A DNA stretch of 64,000 nucleotides from the human T2T-CHM13v2.0 reference genome, Homo sapiens. The stretch lies in the NCBI RefSeq assembly GCF_009914755.1, contig NC_060930.1, one strand, 5' to 3'. The stretch's first letter is position 1. Each line of letters starts with the position of its first letter. The notes under the pieces were generated by a model. That model was given only the letters and a program-made list of their open reading frames with translations, was not told the DNA's origin and ran no database searches. Position numbers and translations under genes: made by a program. Below, piece after piece: positions 60,076 through 64,000 of this stretch.

Positions 60076-61693
60076 TGTCATGGGATCCTTGGGGTGTTGC
60101 TTTGCCAGCTGGAAACCTCTGTGGCTGGCAGTGCCTTCTGCCTGAGTATTGCTTGTGCCCGCTGGGCTCTTTTGGCCCACTTGGCCTGGCAGTTTGTGCT
60201 TGGCTTGTGCTATTGGCCCGGATCCCACACCTGCCAAGGGTGAGCCAGGCACGGAGCAGCCAGGGAGGTGTGGGCCGGTGAGCATGGGGTCCAGCCACTG
60301 CACACAGCCAGGCATGCTGGCTGCTGCGGTGGGGCAGGCAGTTCCAGGCACTGACATGGTGCCGACTCCGTGTGAGTCTGCATCTGGACCAGACTACTGC
60401 ATGCAGCTTCCACTGCAGGCACCACGCCTGGATGAGGGGAACATGGTGGTGCTCAGAAGCTTGGAGATGCCAGGAGCTGCAAAGCCCAAAAGAGGATGTC
60501 ACAGTTCCGGCCTGGGGAGCCCCTAGGTCTGAGCTCCCTGAGGGGCTGCAGCTTTTCTTTCCTTCTTGTCACCTGCAACGTGGCAAATGAGGGTACATGT
60601 TTCAGCCCTGTTTGTGTTACAGCTCTTTCAGTCCCACCATTTGGCTGGTCCTGAGTTCTTGTCCCAACTCCAGGAAGAATGAGGTATGTGGACAACTGGA
60701 GGGTGAGCAAGGTGGAGAGAAGCTTCATTGAGTGACAGAACAGCTCTCAGGAGACCCAAGATGGGTAGCTCCTTTCCGCAGGCAGGTTGTCCTGATGAGT
60801 GTCCAGCTCTGAGTGGAGAGGAGGCCCACAGTGGGTAGCTCCTTTGTACAGGCAAGTTGTCCTGACAAGTGTCCAGCTCTCAGCAGAGAGGAGACCCACA
60901 CTGGGTAGCTCCTTTCTTCAGGTAGGTTGTCCCGATGGGTTGAGGAGACCTGCAGCTCCTTCCTGCTGCTGGTAGTCCCAATGTCTACTTAAATCTGGAA
61001 GAGTCTGTGGTTTTTATGGGCTCAGAAGGGAAGACGTGCATGCTGATTGGTCCATGGGCAGCCATGGGCAGGCCCAGAAAAAGCACCACTTTGTTCCTGG
61101 CTTGAAGGTGGGGTTTCACTGGGGATCTACCCCTTTCTGCTTAGGAGCCTGTCTGCCTCCTGCTGCCATCAACATGCCATCCACTGTGCCCAGGCCATTC
61201 GTGCCAAGGGGCACTTGCAGGCCCACACTGAGCTGCCCTCAGCCCCCACTCAGCCTCCCTCCTGTGCACGTCAGTGCCCAAAGTCAGGAGGGGACCTAGG
61301 TGGCAGGGAGCTGGTGTGTCAGCCTGGCCCTGAGTGTGCACACCCAGCCAGGTTGTGACAGCACCTGGGCTCAGTCACACTTAGCTCTGCTCTGGAGCAG
61401 GTACAGGGAGTGGGAGAGGCCAGAGAGCAGGAGCAGGCACTTCCGAGCCTGTGGGGGCAGGTGGGTTTCCTGAGCCCTTGAGTGCAGGGATGCTCAGGTC
61501 TGGAGCCATCACTGGGCAGCCACAGCTGCACCCAGGAGCGAGGGGCTCCCATCCTGCCAACTTGTTAGGGGGCAGGGCTCTTGTCTTTTCCTGGCACCTG
61601 CCGGTTCTGTGGAGTGTGCAGTCCTGGTCATGCCTCCCCTGCTGCAGAGGCATCTTCACAGCAGCCACTCCAGATGGGTCACTGCTGCCATCA
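60076..61693 (-). mobile_element. Solo ERV1 LTR (MER52 family-like) inserted in an old Alu monomer (60003-60075 plus 61694-61772)
   Basis: Minus strand begins TGATGGCAGCAGTGACCCATCTGGAGTGGCTGCTG and ends ...TGACA. TSD CCAG (60072-60075, 61694-61697). Internal ~70-bp tandem repeats at about 60740-60940. Confidence 0.85.
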
Positions 61694-61792
61694 CCAGGAG
61701 TTCAAGACCAGCCTGGGCAACACAGTGAGACCCTCTTTCTATTAAAACAAAACAAAACAAAACAAAACAAAACGGAGAATGGAAGAATATGA

Positions 61793-61960
<168 letters not shown>

Positions 61961-62367
61961 TAGAGACGGGGTTTCTCCATGTTGGTCAGGCTGGTCTGAA
62001 ACTCTCGACCTCAGGTGATCTACCTGCCTCAGCCTCCCAAAGTGCTAGGATTATAGGCGTGAGCCACCGTGTCCAGCTGGAAGGAAGGAATTTTGATTTT
62101 GTTCAGATTGTGATGGAAAGTTATTGGAAAGTTTCAGGCACAGGAACAGCCTAATATGATTTACATTTAAACATTTATTTTTATTTTAAATCTTTTTTAT
62201 TGCCTAACATATTAGAGACAGAAAATTGTATACAATCAATGTATGCATTAATGAATTATTAAAAGTTGAGCATTCTTGTGACTCCTACCTAGGCCGAGAT
62301 AAATAATTTGGCAGGCAGCCGAGGTGCTCTCTGTGTACCTCAGTGCAATCACAAACCCTTTCCTGCC

Positions 62368-62855
62368 TGCTGTGGTTTGAATGTTGGTGTCCCCCTGTAT
62401 TAGTCTGTTTTCATCCTGCTGATAAAGACACACCTGAGACTAGGAAGAAAAAGAGGTTTAATTGGACTTACAGTTCCACATGGCTGGGGAGGCCTCAGAA
62501 TCATGGTGGGAGGTGAAAGGCACTTCTTACATGGCAGCAGCAAGAGAAAATGAGGAAGAAGAAAAAGCGGAACCTCCTGATAAACCCATCAGATCTCATG
62601 AGACTTATTCACTATCACAAGAATAGCATGGGAAAGACCAGCCCCCATGATTCAATTACCTCCCTCTGAGTCCTTGGGTCCCTCCCACAACATGTGGGAA
62701 TTCTGGGAGATACAATTCAAGTTGAGATTTGGGTGGGGACACAGCCAAGCTGTATCACTCCCCAAAATTCATGTGTTGAAACTTAATCCCTAATGTGGTA
62801 TGTTAAGAGGTGGAGACTTGGGGGAAGTGACTAAGCCATGAGGGCTCTGCCTCCT
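62368..62855. mobile_element. THE1-family LTR (62397-62757, minus) nested in an older MaLR LTR fragment (plus)
   Basis: TGTATTAGTCTGTTTTCA...CACAGCCAAGCTGTATCA lies inside TGCTGTGGTTTGAATGTTGGTGTCCCC|CCCAAAATTCATGTGTTGAAAC. Confidence 0.8.
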
Positions 62856-62971
62856 TCATCTTCTTTTTTTGTTTCCCCTCATATTTTATCTGTTGAAGAA
62901 ATTGAGTCATTTGATTTATTGCTTCTTACAGTTTTGAGTTTACAGATTTTATGTTCATAATATTTATTTAA

Positions 62972-63286
<315 letters not shown>

Positions 63287-63836
63287 TGAGATAGAATCGC
63301 TCTGTCACGCCGGCTGGAGTGCAGTGGTGCAATCTTGGTTTACTGCAACCTCTGCCTCCTGGGTTCAAGTGAATCTGGTGCCTCAGCCTCCAAAGTAATG
63401 GCAATTACAGGTTTGCACCACCCACGCCTGGCTAATTTTTGTATTTTAGTAGGGACAGGCTACTGTCCCTACTGCCATGTTAGCCAGGCTGGTCTCGAAC
63501 TTCTGGACTCAAGTGATCTGCCCACCTCAGCCTCCTGAAGTGCTGGGATTACAGGTGTGAGCCACCATGCCCAGCCTCGTAATATTTTAACACATTCTTC
63601 AGTCTTCTGTACTTTCAGTGCACTGAATCTATAATCTTATTGTGATTCAGGAGACACATAATGTCTGGCTGTCTATTGATGCTAGCTGACTTGAAACTCA
63701 ATGCCTATGAATTTAATTCTGAGCCACCATACCGAGCCTTATAATATTTTAACACATTCTTCAATCTTCTATACTTTCAGTACATTGATTATATAATCTA
63801 ACTGTGATTCAGGAGACACATAATATCTGGCTGTCT

Positions 63837-64000
63837 TTGTTTTTTTTATTATACTTTAAGTTCTGCGGTACATGTGCAGAATGTGCAGTTTTGTTACATA
63901 GGCATGCACGGGCCATGGTGGTTTGCTGCACCCATCAACCCGTCATCTACATTAGGTATTTCTCCTAATGCTATCCCTCCCCTAGCCCCCCACCCCGCAA
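63837..64000 (-). mobile_element. 3' end of a primate L1PA element continuing beyond the window
   Basis: TTTTATTATACTTTAAGTTCTG...CATTAGGTATTTCTCCTAATGCTATCCCTCCCC. Confidence 0.85.

Noticed and set aside
60740-60940. Repeat-spacer-like periodicity suggesting a CRISPR-type array
   Set aside because: Degenerate tandem repeats internal to an LTR, with no unique spacers, in a mammalian context.
59966-61792. Cluster of 70-178 aa ORFs
   Set aside because: They lie within a GC-rich MER52-like LTR and have no protein-family signature.

Overview
Primate (human-like) genomic DNA that I recognise as the SNHG5 locus on 6q14.3. This rests on recalled SNORD50A/B sequences, not a database search. There is no intact protein-coding gene. 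The functional core is a CpG-island, TATA/5'TOP promoter driving the six-exon minus-strand snoRNA host gene SNHG5 (about 31842-33568), which carries box C/D snoRNAs SNORD50B and SNORD50A. Most of the rest is transposon-derived: about 55 Alus, L1M/L2 relics, a full-length but disabled L1PA4-like element (49595-55719), an old class III provirus with a tRNA-Ser PBS and an env TM remnant (39766-46646), solo LTRs and DNA transposon fossils. The most notable observation concerns the half-length PKM pseudogene (14704-15515). It lies antisense inside a 2.75-kb TSD-flanked, poly(A)-tailed insert that splits a hAT element, and looks like a retrocopy of a spliced, polyadenylated antisense RNA from another PKM pseudogene locus. 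Other unusual signals are a TSD-diagnosed micro-inversion between head-to-head Alus inside a MITE-like inverted repeat, a pre-miRNA-sized hairpin, and several template-switch or repair scars. Repeat subfamily names come from memory of consensus sequences and need RepeatMasker/Dfam confirmation. Repeat boundaries are approximate unless a TSD is given.
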